IMG/VR virus record: IMGVR_UViG_2713896773_000001
Direction: 5' to 3' (one strand)
Origin: a virus
Lineage: Duplodnaviria; Heunggongvirae; Uroviricota; Caudoviricetes
Length of the DNA: 28,284 nucleotides
Shown here: positions 1 through 7,058 of the stretch, one piece after another
Layout of the letters: every line of letters starts with the position of its first letter
How positions within the stretch are numbered: position 1 is the stretch's first letter
Translations under genes and position numbers: made by a program
The notes under the pieces: model-generated
What the model saw: the letters and a program-made list of their open reading frames with translations, nothing else
The model's database searches: none
Told to the model about the DNA's origin: nothing

Positions 1-65
1 TACTGCCTATTTTTGAAGGTGATGTGAATACCAAGCTTAGCGCCGCTGGCATCAAGGGGGAGTGA
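1..65 (+). CDS. 3' end of an upstream gene (5'-truncated by the window edge); TGA at 63-65 overlaps the next start
   Basis: Open frame from the window edge to TGA 63-65, with a TGATG overlap to the ATG at 65. Too short to assign a function. Confidence 0.3.
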   Translation, partial: LPIFEGDVNTKLSAAGIKGE

Positions 66-496
66 TGCTTCAACATCAAATGCAGCCAACATTTAACACC
101 TGCATGGCTACCTGCGTTGCAATGGTTGCCGGTCAACCTGTCGATGAGGTAGTGGAACGCTGGCATCAGAAATTCCAAGACAGAACAGACTGGCTCGACG
201 ACGCGCTGGATTATTACAAAATCCCGTATTTTTACGGAAGCCAGCGCAAGGCCGAATTGCTTTACGGGTTTATTTACTTCCTGACCGTTCCGTCACTGAG
301 CATCAAAGGCGGCCTGCATCAGATTCTGATGTCGTTAACGGCAGAACGCGGCATAGAAGTATTTGACCCGGCAATGGGTCGGCCAGGATCAAAATATTAC
401 GTTTGGGGTGAAGCGCAGAACGATGATCAATTCGGCGTTATCTCCTGGTGCGTCGATTTATCGGTTCCGGTAGTGCAACAGAAAGGTGAGGACTAA
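65..496 (+). CDS. free-standing C39-like (papain-fold) cysteine peptidase domain protein
   Basis: ORF-track ORF 62..496; ATG at 65 preceded by AAGGGGGA. N-terminal Q-x5-C-x-A-x-C-x-A-M-x-A-G block (QPTFNTCMATCVAMVAG) and a downstream H-x-I-L...FDPAMG block match the Cys and His/Asp motifs of bacteriocin-processing C39 peptidase domains (ColV exporter N-domain type). Motif match by eye, no search run. Confidence 0.6.
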   Translation: MLQHQMQPTFNTCMATCVAMVAGQPVDEVVERWHQKFQDRTDWLDDALDYYKIPYFYGSQRKAELLYGFIYFLTVPSLSIKGGLHQILMSLTAERGIEVFDPAMGRPGSKYYVWGEAQNDDQFGVISWCVDLSVPVVQQKGED

Positions 497-499
497 CCC

Positions 500-1339
500 A
501 TGAGCACTATTACCAAAGAACTGGCAAAGCTGTTCAGAAAAATTACGAATTCTGAAATTGATGCGGAGGGAAACGCTCATGTTGTTTTATCTCCTGCTGA
601 TAGCCTCCTGATTAATAATGCGCGTATCGCGCTGGCATCGCTCGAAGCGGAGCCTGTGGCGTGGGCGCACAGATTAATCAACAAGCGTAACGGAGTCGTT
701 CACCCTTGGGTTTACGGTAGCGCAGAGGCGTGTCCAAGCGAGGGGGATATCTTCAATATTGAGGTAATGCCGCTCTACACCGTCCCTCCAGCGCCGGTAT
801 CTGTGCCCGCTGCGATGGAAATGGATGATGACTTTGACAGCGCGTTTGAACACGGAAAAGCTGTCGTCTGGAACGCCTATCGCGCCGCCATGCTTCAGGC
901 CGAACCTGTAAGTAATAGTGATGAGTTACCNNNNNNNNNNNNNNNNNNNNNNNNNNNNNNNNNNNNNNNNNNNNNNNNNNAGTGGGCTGCACAATTGGCA
1001 GAAGCCAATCATCCGCAAACAGGTGACTGGTTGTACGACGACCAAATCGATCTTGCCAGGGCGATTCGCAAAGGTCCGGATATGCCTACTGTTCAGGGTG
1101 GCAGCTCTCCGGTAACTCCGGATGGTTGGATAAGCTGTAGTGAGCGAATGCCGGAAAAGAATCAGAACGTGCTTATTTCGGTGAATTTCGATAGCTCTCT
1201 GGTTGAACCGCTAATATGCTCCGCACGCTATACCGGAAGCACATTTCGGCGCGGAGATGCAACGATTAAGCCGGGTAATGGTATTGAGCAAGCAACTCAC
1301 TGGATGCCTCTACCAGAACCGCCGCAGGAGGCAAAATGA
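500..1339 (+). CDS. phage protein with C-terminal DUF551-like domain; contains an N-run so the reading frame across the gap is unverified
   Basis: ATG at 500 with AAAGGTGAGGA upstream. C-terminal DGW...MPEKNQNVLI...HWMPLPEPP is typical of DUF551 phage proteins. The 50-nt N-run at 931-980 interrupts the gene. Confidence 0.55.
   Translation: MSTITKELAKLFRKITNSEIDAEGNAHVVLSPADSLLINNARIALASLEAEPVAWAHRLINKRNGVVHPWVYGSAEACPSEGDIFNIEVMPLYTVPPAPVSVPAAMEMDDDFDSAFEHGKAVVWNAYRAAMLQAEPVSNSDELXXXXXXXXXXXXXXXXXXWAAQLAEANHPQTGDWLYDDQIDLARAIRKGPDMPTVQGGSSPVTPDGWISCSERMPEKNQNVLISVNFDSSLVEPLICSARYTGSTFRRGDATIKPGNGIEQATHWMPLPEPPQEAK
931..980. other. run of 50 N (gap or masked sequence) inside a CDS
   Basis: Directly visible in the sequence. 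Confidence 1.
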
Positions 1340-1728
1340 TGGACTATTCACAGTTAAGTGATTTTGAAATTAACGTGGCGGTATTCGAAGCCATTCATAA
1401 CGGATCACCGGATTACAAAGAAGGTGAGAATGGCGATATGGTGTTTGTCTCATTTGAGGGAGACATTGTAAACGGAGACGCAGTTGAAGTAGAAGTTGAG
1501 CGCGGATCCTTTAACCCATGCGCAAACCCAGCAGACGCATGGCCGATTATCACTGAAAACAAAATCAGCATAATGTTTGATAGTACCGATACGAGATATG
1601 AAGGCGAATATCACGAGTGGTGTGATGCGATTTCATCTTGTCAAAAGTTCGGAATTCAGTATCAGTCTAATCCACTCCGAGCCGCCATGATTGTATTTCT
1701 CATGATGCAGGAAAATCAGAATGGCTAA
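1336..1728 (+). CDS. hypothetical early-region (nin-type) phage protein
   Basis: ORF coupled to the upstream gene (ATGATG overlap, GGAGG just upstream); acidic small protein. No function assigned. Confidence 0.5.
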   Translation: MMDYSQLSDFEINVAVFEAIHNGSPDYKEGENGDMVFVSFEGDIVNGDAVEVEVERGSFNPCANPADAWPIITENKISIMFDSTDTRYEGEYHEWCDAISSCQKFGIQYQSNPLRAAMIVFLMMQENQNG

Positions 1729-2059
1729 ATCAGCAGCAGAGCGCAAAGCCGCCCAGCGAGCCCGGCAAGCTGCTGCTGGTGGTCGTAAATTTGAGCTCAT
1801 GCTTGATACGCAGGAACTGGAGATGCTGGAGCGCAATTGTGCATCACGCCGCCCGGGGCGAGCGCCGTATGAAATGAGCGAATACGTCGCGATGCTGATC
1901 CGCCAGGACGATGCCCGCGTTCGTGGTCGCATTAAGTCAATCAGCGCGAACCGCTGCGGTAAATGCGGAGATGCGCTGCCGGTTAAGTCGTGTCCGTGCG
2001 ACGGTGATTCGAAATGCTGGGTTACGCGTGGCTGGCATGAAACTAAATTAGCATTGTGA
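1721..2059 (+). CDS. hypothetical protein with basic N-terminus and C-terminal Cys-rich (CxxC...CxC) putative zinc ribbon
   Basis: ORF overlapping the upstream stop; RCGKCGD...CPCDGDSKC cysteine cluster. Confidence 0.5.
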   Translation: MAKSAAERKAAQRARQAAAGGRKFELMLDTQELEMLERNCASRRPGRAPYEMSEYVAMLIRQDDARVRGRIKSISANRCGKCGDALPVKSCPCDGDSKCWVTRGWHETKLAL

Positions 2060-2068
2060 CATGTCACA
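2055..2068. promoter_or_regulatory. perfect 14-bp palindrome TGTGACATGTCACA overlapping the stop codon of the upstream gene; candidate protein-binding site
   Basis: Exact inverted repeat seen directly; function unknown. Confidence 0.3.
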
Positions 2069-2086
2069 ATGTAATCAATAACATAC

Positions 2087-2109
2087 AAGCCTCTTCGGAG
2101 GCTTTTTTT
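2087..2109 (+). terminator. rho-independent terminator (AAGCCTC-TTCG-GAGGCTT followed by a T-run); tR2-like by position upstream of ninB
   Basis: GC-rich stem with tetraloop followed by about 7 T on the + strand. Confidence 0.6.
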
Positions 2110-2204
2110 GTCGGCGTTAAATTGCTTTTGCCACAATGCCCATCCATAATATCCCTGTCAGCCTGAACAACTGACACCAGGACATTCGCGCCACGGAGAA
2201 CACC

Positions 2205-2303
2205 ATGGCGCAGCACCACCAGCTTAAACACATTCGCCTGACGTTATCCGACGTCAGCGATTTGTCGTATCTGTCGCTTAACCTCTTCGGGGGTGACGCG
2301 TGA
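2205..2303 (+). CDS. candidate small ORF (32 aa, MAQHHQLKHIRLTLSDVSDLSYLSLNLFGGDA) translationally coupled to ninB
   Basis: GGAG 6 nt upstream of the ATG; its stop TGA overlaps the ninB GTG start (GTGA). Below the ORF-track size cutoff; no homology claimed. Confidence 0.3.
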   Translation: MAQHHQLKHIRLTLSDVSDLSYLSLNLFGGDA

Positions 2304-2752
2304 GCCAACAATTCCACCTCGTTAACGAAAGCGTTAAGCAGAACGCTATCAACTACATTCGTCAGTTGCCAGTCGACAGTAAGCGCCCGCTGATACTCGA
2401 CGTCAAAGAGTCGACGCGCACCGCTATTCAAAATCGCAAGATGTGGCCGCTACTGAAAGATCTTTCCGACCAGGTTCTCTGGTTCGGCAATAAATACGAT
2501 TCCGACGACTGGAAAGACCTCATCACCGCGCTGGTGGCGAAGACCAAAAAGCAGGAACAGCGAATGGCCCCCGGGCTTGATGGCGGCGTCGTGATGTTCG
2601 GCCAGCGCACCAGCAAAATGACCATTCCCCAGATGGTAGAGGTCATCGAGGCGATTTACTGGTTCGGCACCCAGCAGGGCGTCACATTCAGCGAACAATC
2701 CCGCAATGAAATCGAGTGGGCAAAGCGCTGGGGGAACAGCAATGCGAAATAA
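2300..2752 (+). CDS. ninB: NinB-type recombination protein
   Basis: Clear similarity to lambda NinB over its whole length (for example QNRKMW, FGQRTSKM, EWAKRWG blocks); GTG start. Confidence 0.9.
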   Translation: MSQQFHLVNESVKQNAINYIRQLPVDSKRPLILDVKESTRTAIQNRKMWPLLKDLSDQVLWFGNKYDSDDWKDLITALVAKTKKQEQRMAPGLDGGVVMFGQRTSKMTIPQMVEVIEAIYWFGTQQGVTFSEQSRNEIEWAKRWGNSNAK

Positions 2753-3041
2753 CCCCAGTCAGAAAACCTACCGCAGCAAAAAATGGCTCGCCGCTGTCGG
2801 GCAGATCGAGCAGTGCGTGTTATGCGGTTCGTGGGGGACACAGGTAGCGCATCGCAATGAAGGCAAAGGCATGGGCCTGAAAGCCGATGATTGCGCCACG
2901 GCGGCGATCTGCGTTTGCTGCCACGACAGCATCGACAACGGCAGCAAGCTATCGCGAGACGAACGCCGCCAGCTGATGGACCGCGCTATCGTTCTGACCG
3001 TTATCCAGATAGCCCGCCTTGGGCTGGTGGTGCCAGCATGA
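2742..3041 (+). CDS. Cys-rich nin-region protein (DUF1364-like)
   Basis: ATG at 2742 overlaps the ninB stop; CVLCG...CVCCH cysteine pattern as in nin-region DUF1364 proteins. Family assignment from memory, not searched. Confidence 0.55.
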   Translation: MRNNPSQKTYRSKKWLAAVGQIEQCVLCGSWGTQVAHRNEGKGMGLKADDCATAAICVCCHDSIDNGSKLSRDERRQLMDRAIVLTVIQIARLGLVVPA

Positions 3042-3397
3042 AAATTTACGACATCACGCCGATCGGCAAGCCCCGTATGACCCGCGCCGACAAATGGAAA
3101 ACACGGCCTGCGGTCATGCGTTACCGCGCATTCTGCGATGAAGCACGTCTGCGCAAAATCAATCTCCCTGAGTCCGGCGCGCATATCACCTTCGTTATGC
3201 CAATGCCTCCGAGCTGGAGCAAAAAGAAGCGTGAACAGCTCAACGGCAAGCCGCACCAGTCAAAACCAGACTGCGACAACATGCTTAAAGCACTGATGGA
3301 TGCCCTGTTTGATGATGATTCCAGTGTCTGGGATTGTCGCATTACAAAGCTATGGGGCGAGAAAGGCCAGATCATCATTCGGGAGAACGGACAATGA
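3038..3397 (+). CDS. rusA: RusA-family Holliday junction resolvase
   Basis: PDCDNMLKALMDALFDD matches the RusA catalytic D-x-DN...K...DAL motif; position downstream of ninB in the nin region. Confidence 0.8.
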   Translation: MKIYDITPIGKPRMTRADKWKTRPAVMRYRAFCDEARLRKINLPESGAHITFVMPMPPSWSKKKREQLNGKPHQSKPDCDNMLKALMDALFDDDSSVWDCRITKLWGEKGQIIIRENGQ

Positions 3398-4077
3398 CAC
3401 GCACCGATATTAACAATTACCAGAAAGCGTCTGTTGAGCGTACCAACCCGCAAAACGCCTGGGTGACGCTGGCAGCAGCACCACGCAGATCTTACCTGGG
3501 GAAATACCGCCGACTGACACCATCGCAAAGCCGTTGGGTTCGTTCGTTGCTGAACAACTGGGGCGGCATGTATGGAGGCAGCGGAATAGAACACCTTTCA
3601 GGTGGCGGTGGTATGTGGTCAATGATATTGACCGGCTGGACTGGCGAACAGCAGGAGCGGATCGCTACCGTACTGTCTGGTCTGCGTAAAATTGGCTATA
3701 CCGGAGATGCGTTGTTTGAGCAGGCTAAAGCCATCATCTGGCCGAAGAAATCACTTTCTGACCTGATCGGCAACGCCGGGGATCAAGAGGAAGCTGCATT
3801 CATGGAGGCTATCATCCTGAAGTCCTTCAAGCCGGGGAATCCCGTGTATGAGATAGGGAAGGACTATTACACCTGGAGGAAAACCATTAATGACATGGCA
3901 CGGTGGATGCAATATTACTACGCGCCGTTTCTGACCGAAAAGCAATGTATTGACCGCGTGCGCTGGTGTATTGAGTTGTTTAATTCTGCTGTCTTCTTCA
4001 CGTTAAAAGATGAATTTGGCTTCGAAAATGCAAAAACTTGCGAAAAAGACTTGAAAACGAGTTTTGAAACTGCATAA
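3394..4077 (+). CDS. putative late-gene antiterminator (Q-like), assigned mainly by position
   Basis: ATGA overlap with rusA; last gene before a promoter/terminator pair and the lysis cassette, as for Q in lambdoid phages. Sequence family not confirmed. Confidence 0.5.
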   Translation: MTRTDINNYQKASVERTNPQNAWVTLAAAPRRSYLGKYRRLTPSQSRWVRSLLNNWGGMYGGSGIEHLSGGGGMWSMILTGWTGEQQERIATVLSGLRKIGYTGDALFEQAKAIIWPKKSLSDLIGNAGDQEEAAFMEAIILKSFKPGNPVYEIGKDYYTWRKTINDMARWMQYYYAPFLTEKQCIDRVRWCIELFNSAVFFTLKDEFGFENAKTCEKDLKTSFETA

Positions 4078-4078
4078 T
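4051..4078 (+). promoter_or_regulatory. candidate late promoter (pR'-like): -35 TTGAAA (4051-4056), -10 CATAAT (4073-4078), 16-bp spacer
   Basis: Sigma70-like hexamers at the 3' end of the Q-like gene, about 85 nt upstream of a strong terminator. Confidence 0.4.
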
Positions 4079-4161
4079 TCAGATATGCTCGGACGTCAAA
4101 GGCGAAAGAGCTTACCCACCAGCGGAGATGCCTTGCGCGGAGCGGTGTGAACCACATTTAA

Positions 4162-4188
4162 GCCCTTGCAGAAATGCAGGGGCTTTTT
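4162..4188 (+). terminator. rho-independent terminator (tR'-like): 9-bp stem, GAAA loop, TTTTT
   Basis: GCCCTTGCA-GAAA-TGCAGGGGC followed by 5 T. Confidence 0.65.
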
Positions 4189-4195
4189 GCATTCA

Positions 4196-4270
4196 GGGTC
4201 AGAAGCACAGAGGTTGTGAGATCGGCTGTTAACCGATTGGTCGAAGGTTCGAATCCTTCCTGTCCCGCCA
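4196..4270 (+). tRNA. tRNA-like element, anticodon GUU (Asn-type); acceptor and D stems imperfect, possibly degenerate
   Basis: Hand fold: canonical T-arm GAAGG-TTCGAAT-CCTTC, perfect anticodon stem ATCGG/CCGAT with loop CTGTTAA, 3' CCA present, total 75 nt. One T-T mismatch in the acceptor stem, one G-A in the D stem, and A at position 8. Confidence 0.5.
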
Positions 4271-4320
4271 AATACCTACCAGGACCATAAGAGCAAAAGC
4301 TCAACGCACTACCCTCTATT

Positions 4321-4344
4321 GCCCACCGCGCCGTGGGCTTTTTT
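4321..4344 (+). terminator. rho-independent terminator (GCCCAC-CGCGCC-GTGGGC followed by TTTTTT)
   Basis: Perfect 6-bp GC stem followed by 6 T; lies between the tRNA-like element and the holin gene. Confidence 0.65.
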
Positions 4345-4452
4345 ATTGCAGGCCGCAGATATCATTTTCAGATGCCATGTAGCAATCAGAGTCTGACGGC
4401 CTTTCCCCTACAAACACACACAGCACCATCCGGAAAATCGGAGGTGAGGCCT

Positions 4453-4776
4453 ATGAAAATGCCATACAAACAAGATTTCATCGCTGCGCTACTTGCCGCC
4501 AAGGAGCAGGGTATTGGTGCAATGCTGGCTTTTATCATGGCGTATCTGCGTGGTCGCTATAACGGCGGCGCGGTAACAAAAACGCTAATTGATGCGCTGA
4601 TGTGCGCGATGATTGCCTGGTTCGTTCGTGACCTTCTGGACTTTATCGGCCTGAGCAGCAACCTCGCCTACATAGCCAGCGTCTTTATTGGATACATCGG
4701 CACCGATTCGATCGGCAATCTGATTAAAAAACTTGCAGCAAAAAAGGCGGGAGTTGACGATGCAAACCAGTCCTGA
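4453..4776 (+). CDS. S: class I holin, lambda S type, with MKM dual-start motif
   Basis: Near full-length similarity to lambda S (107 codons, for example [24 protein letters not shown] blocks); GGAGGTGAGG upstream; ATG-AAA-ATG dual start. Confidence 0.9.
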   Translation: MKMPYKQDFIAALLAAKEQGIGAMLAFIMAYLRGRYNGGAVTKTLIDALMCAMIAWFVRDLLDFIGLSSNLAYIASVFIGYIGTDSIGNLIKKLAAKKAGVDDANQS

Positions 4777-5209
4777 CGGAATTGCTCTGATAAAAAAATT
4801 TGAAGGTTGTCGGCTGACTGCTTACCCCGACCCCGGAACGGGAGATGCGCCGTGGACCATCGGCTATGGCTGGACCCATCCGGTTGACGGAAAGCCAGTA
4901 AAGCGCGGTATGACTATCGACCAGCAAACCGCTGACAGGCTTCTGAAAACAGGGCTTGTTGGTTATGAGAATGACGTGCTGAAAGTTGTCAGGGTGAAGC
5001 TGACACAAGGCCAGTTCGATGCCCTGGTGTCGTTCACGTATAACCTCGGTGCGCGGTCATTGTCGACATCGACTCTCCTGCGAAAACTCAACGCCGGAGA
5101 TTACGCTGGTGCAGCCGATGAGTTCCTGCGCTGGAATAAAGCTGGTGGGAAGGTGCTGAATGGGCTGACACGTCGGCGGGAGGCAGAGCGAGCTCTGTTC
5201 CTGTCATGA
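4760..5209 (+). CDS. R: endolysin, T4/P22-type lysozyme (GH24)
   Basis: FEGCRL...DPGTG...WTIGYG catalytic region and ...[11 protein letters not shown]-terminus typical of P22/P21-type lysozymes. No N-terminal hydrophobic (SAR) segment. Confidence 0.9.
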   Translation: MQTSPDGIALIKKFEGCRLTAYPDPGTGDAPWTIGYGWTHPVDGKPVKRGMTIDQQTADRLLKTGLVGYENDVLKVVRVKLTQGQFDALVSFTYNLGARSLSTSTLLRKLNAGDYAGAADEFLRWNKAGGKVLNGLTRRREAERALFLS

Positions 5210-5658
5210 TTAGCGCACTGGTTAAGCGTTACTGGCTGCAGTTGCTGGTGCTGGCGTTAATCGGCGCACTGGCTTTCTTCGTGAACCACTACCGCGACAA
5301 CGCCATCACTTACAGAGACCAGCGCGATAAGGCCACTGAGAAACTCCTCCTGGCGACCGCCACCATTAAAGACATGCAGACCCGCCAGCGTGATGTCGCT
5401 GCACTGGATGCCAAATACACCGGAGAACTGGCTGATGCGAAAGAAACCATTGAGCGTCTGCATAGCGATGTCATTGCTGGCCGTAAGCGGCTGCAAGTCG
5501 CCGCCACCTGTGCAAAGTCAACGACCGGAGCCAGCAGNNNNNNNNNNNNNNNNNNNNNNNNNNNNNNNNNNNNNNNNNNNNNNNNNNNACTACCTGCAGG
5601 AATACATCAGGACGCAATGCCTGAAATAATTTTTTTGCAAATCACAAAGTCAATTTAA
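5206..5658 (+). CDS. Rz: i-spanin Rz; 3' part passes through an N-run
   Basis: ATGA overlap with the endolysin; N-terminal transmembrane segment then coiled-coil-like region; about 150 aa. The 51-nt N-run at 5538-5588 is inside the gene. Confidence 0.7.
   Translation: MISALVKRYWLQLLVLALIGALAFFVNHYRDNAITYRDQRDKATEKLLLATATIKDMQTRQRDVAALDAKYTGELADAKETIERLHSDVIAGRKRLQVAATCAKSTTGASXXXXXXXXXXXXXXXXXXLPAGIHQDAMPEIIFLQITKSI
5435..5629 (+). CDS. Rz1: o-spanin Rz1 lipoprotein embedded in the +1 frame of Rz; 3' part passes through an N-run
   Basis: [20 protein letters not shown] lipoprotein signal with lipobox VSGC, followed by a proline-rich mature region ([13 protein letters not shown]). Confidence 0.6.
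   Translation: MRKKPLSVCIAMSLLAVSGCKSPPPVQSQRPEPAXXXXXXXXXXXXXXXXXXYLQEYIRTQCLK
5538..5588. other. run of 51 N (gap or masked sequence) inside Rz/Rz1
   Basis: Directly visible in the sequence. Confidence 1.
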
Positions 5659-5661
5659 TGA

Positions 5662-5684
5662 GCCTCGCGATGCGGGGCTTTTTT
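5662..5684 (+). terminator. rho-independent terminator after the lysis cassette (GCCTCGC-GAT-GCGGGGC followed by TTTTTT)
   Basis: Stem-loop plus T-run immediately after the Rz stop. Confidence 0.55.
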
Positions 5685-5827
5685 ATGTCCGCAGTAAACG
5701 CGCATCTCACGCGCATATTAACGAGAGCCTTTCAGTAAGCGAGCCTGAGAAATGCCGTTATAGGTGGCGACCTCTCTCGGGCGGCTTTTCTGTGAGACAG
5801 GCTCACTTTCTAAAAGGTAAAGACGCT

Positions 5828-6346
5828 ATGAATAATCCGTCAGTTATTCCGGCCTTCGACTTCCGCGAAATGGTCACGACCCTCGACAACAAGATAATCA
5901 CCACATCACTCAAGGTGGCGGATTACTTTGGCAAGCGACACAAAGACGTTTTGCGTGCCATACGTAACCTGAAATGCTCCGATGACTTCACCCAGCGCAA
6001 TTTTGCGCCCATTGATTTCATTGATAAAAATGGCGATGTTCAGCCTATGTATAACATCACCCGCGACGGATGCATGATGCTAGTGATGGGATTCACTGGC
6101 AAAACAGCTGCCGCAGTGAAGGAGTGTTACATCAATGCCTTCAACTGGATGGCCGAGCAGCTAAACCGGCGCATGGCGATGGGTGAAGAATTGCAGCATC
6201 GCTACGCCATCAAAGAAACGCGCTCAAAGCTGAAAGGCACGATCGGAAGCCGTTTGATGAACGAGCGGAAGAAAGAGAAGCGCGTCCTGGAGCTCGAACA
6301 TGAGCACATCATGCAGGTAACGCAGCCGGAATTACTTATTGGCTGA
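5828..6346 (+). CDS. rha: Rha-family phage regulatory protein
   Basis: TTSLKVADYFGKRHKDVLRAIRNL...NITRDGCMMLVMGFTG matches the conserved Rha N-terminal domain. ATG at 5828 chosen over the GTG at 5792. Confidence 0.7.
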   Translation: MNNPSVIPAFDFREMVTTLDNKIITTSLKVADYFGKRHKDVLRAIRNLKCSDDFTQRNFAPIDFIDKNGDVQPMYNITRDGCMMLVMGFTGKTAAAVKECYINAFNWMAEQLNRRMAMGEELQHRYAIKETRSKLKGTIGSRLMNERKKEKRVLELEHEHIMQVTQPELLIG

Positions 6347-6406
6347 TCGCGGCATTACAGAAGCCCTTCATTGAGGGGCTTCGATAATGGAGCACTGGAA
6401 TTATTC

Positions 6407-7027
6407 ATGAACAGACCACACCCACCAGCGCATTTTACGATGCCACCTGACCCGAAGCCGTACATCAGCATTATGCCCGCTAATGACGTTGGCGAGTGGC
6501 TGAATCAGCACATCCTGAGCGATGAGGGTGACCTCTACAACCATGACCACCAGCATTTGCTTGAAGCGGATCTGTGCTTTCTCTGGGCGTCTAACGCTTT
6601 CGAGAAGAAAGGGCGTTCCGTGCTGGGGCAGGCGGAAGAAGTGGCAATGCGGGCTGGAGGCTGGCAGAAAGCGCGGATGGAGCAGCAGATGTATGAATGG
6701 TTCGGCAGGGTGCCGCAGTTCATCATCACGCTGGCCGCTGATTACTGCTCGCAATGTTCCGATCTGGAATTCTGTGCGCTGATAGAGCACGAGCTTTATC
6801 ACATCTGCCAGGCGACAGATGAATTTGGCGCGCCGAAGTTCACGCAGGAAGGGCAGCCAAAGCTGAAGCTGCGCGGCCATGACGTGGAAGAGTTTGTGGG
6901 CGTGGTTCGCCGTTACGGTGCAAGCCGGGACGTGCAGGAAATGATTGATGCGGCGAATCAGCCAGCGGAGGTTGCTCATCTCGATATTGCCAGAGCGTGC
7001 GGGACGTGCATGCTGCGACTGGCTTAA
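6407..7027 (+). CDS. putative zinc metallopeptidase-like protein (HExxH motif)
   Basis: IEHELYHI contains an HExxH zinc-binding signature; ATG at 6407 chosen over the TTG at 6371. Family not confirmed. Confidence 0.5.
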   Translation: MNRPHPPAHFTMPPDPKPYISIMPANDVGEWLNQHILSDEGDLYNHDHQHLLEADLCFLWASNAFEKKGRSVLGQAEEVAMRAGGWQKARMEQQMYEWFGRVPQFIITLAADYCSQCSDLEFCALIEHELYHICQATDEFGAPKFTQEGQPKLKLRGHDVEEFVGVVRRYGASRDVQEMIDAANQPAEVAHLDIARACGTCMLRLA

Positions 7028-7058
7028 ATACTGGACTGTATAAGACGAATGGTGATTT

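Noticed and set aside
753-1115. ORFs 753-992 (minus) and 918-1115 (plus) in the ORF track
   Set aside because: Both are artefacts running through the N-run at 931-980, where N is translated as X.
2055-2068. The palindrome as a CRP binding site
   Set aside because: The half-sites TGTGA/TCACA are CRP-like but separated by 4 bp rather than the 6 bp needed for CRP; kept only as a generic candidate operator.
2117-2431. 104-aa minus-strand ORF overlapping the ninB start region
   Set aside because: Overlaps the terminator, the putative promoter and the start of ninB on the other strand; no ribosome-binding site and no homology signal.
4086-4151. 21-codon ORF inside the late leader transcript
   Set aside because: Very short, no Shine-Dalgarno sequence, and lies within a region better explained as an untranslated terminated leader.
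4760-5209. Signal-anchor-release (SAR) type endolysin
   Set aside because: The N-terminus ([16 protein letters not shown]) is hydrophilic with no transmembrane-like segment, so this looks like a canonical soluble, holin-dependent lysozyme.
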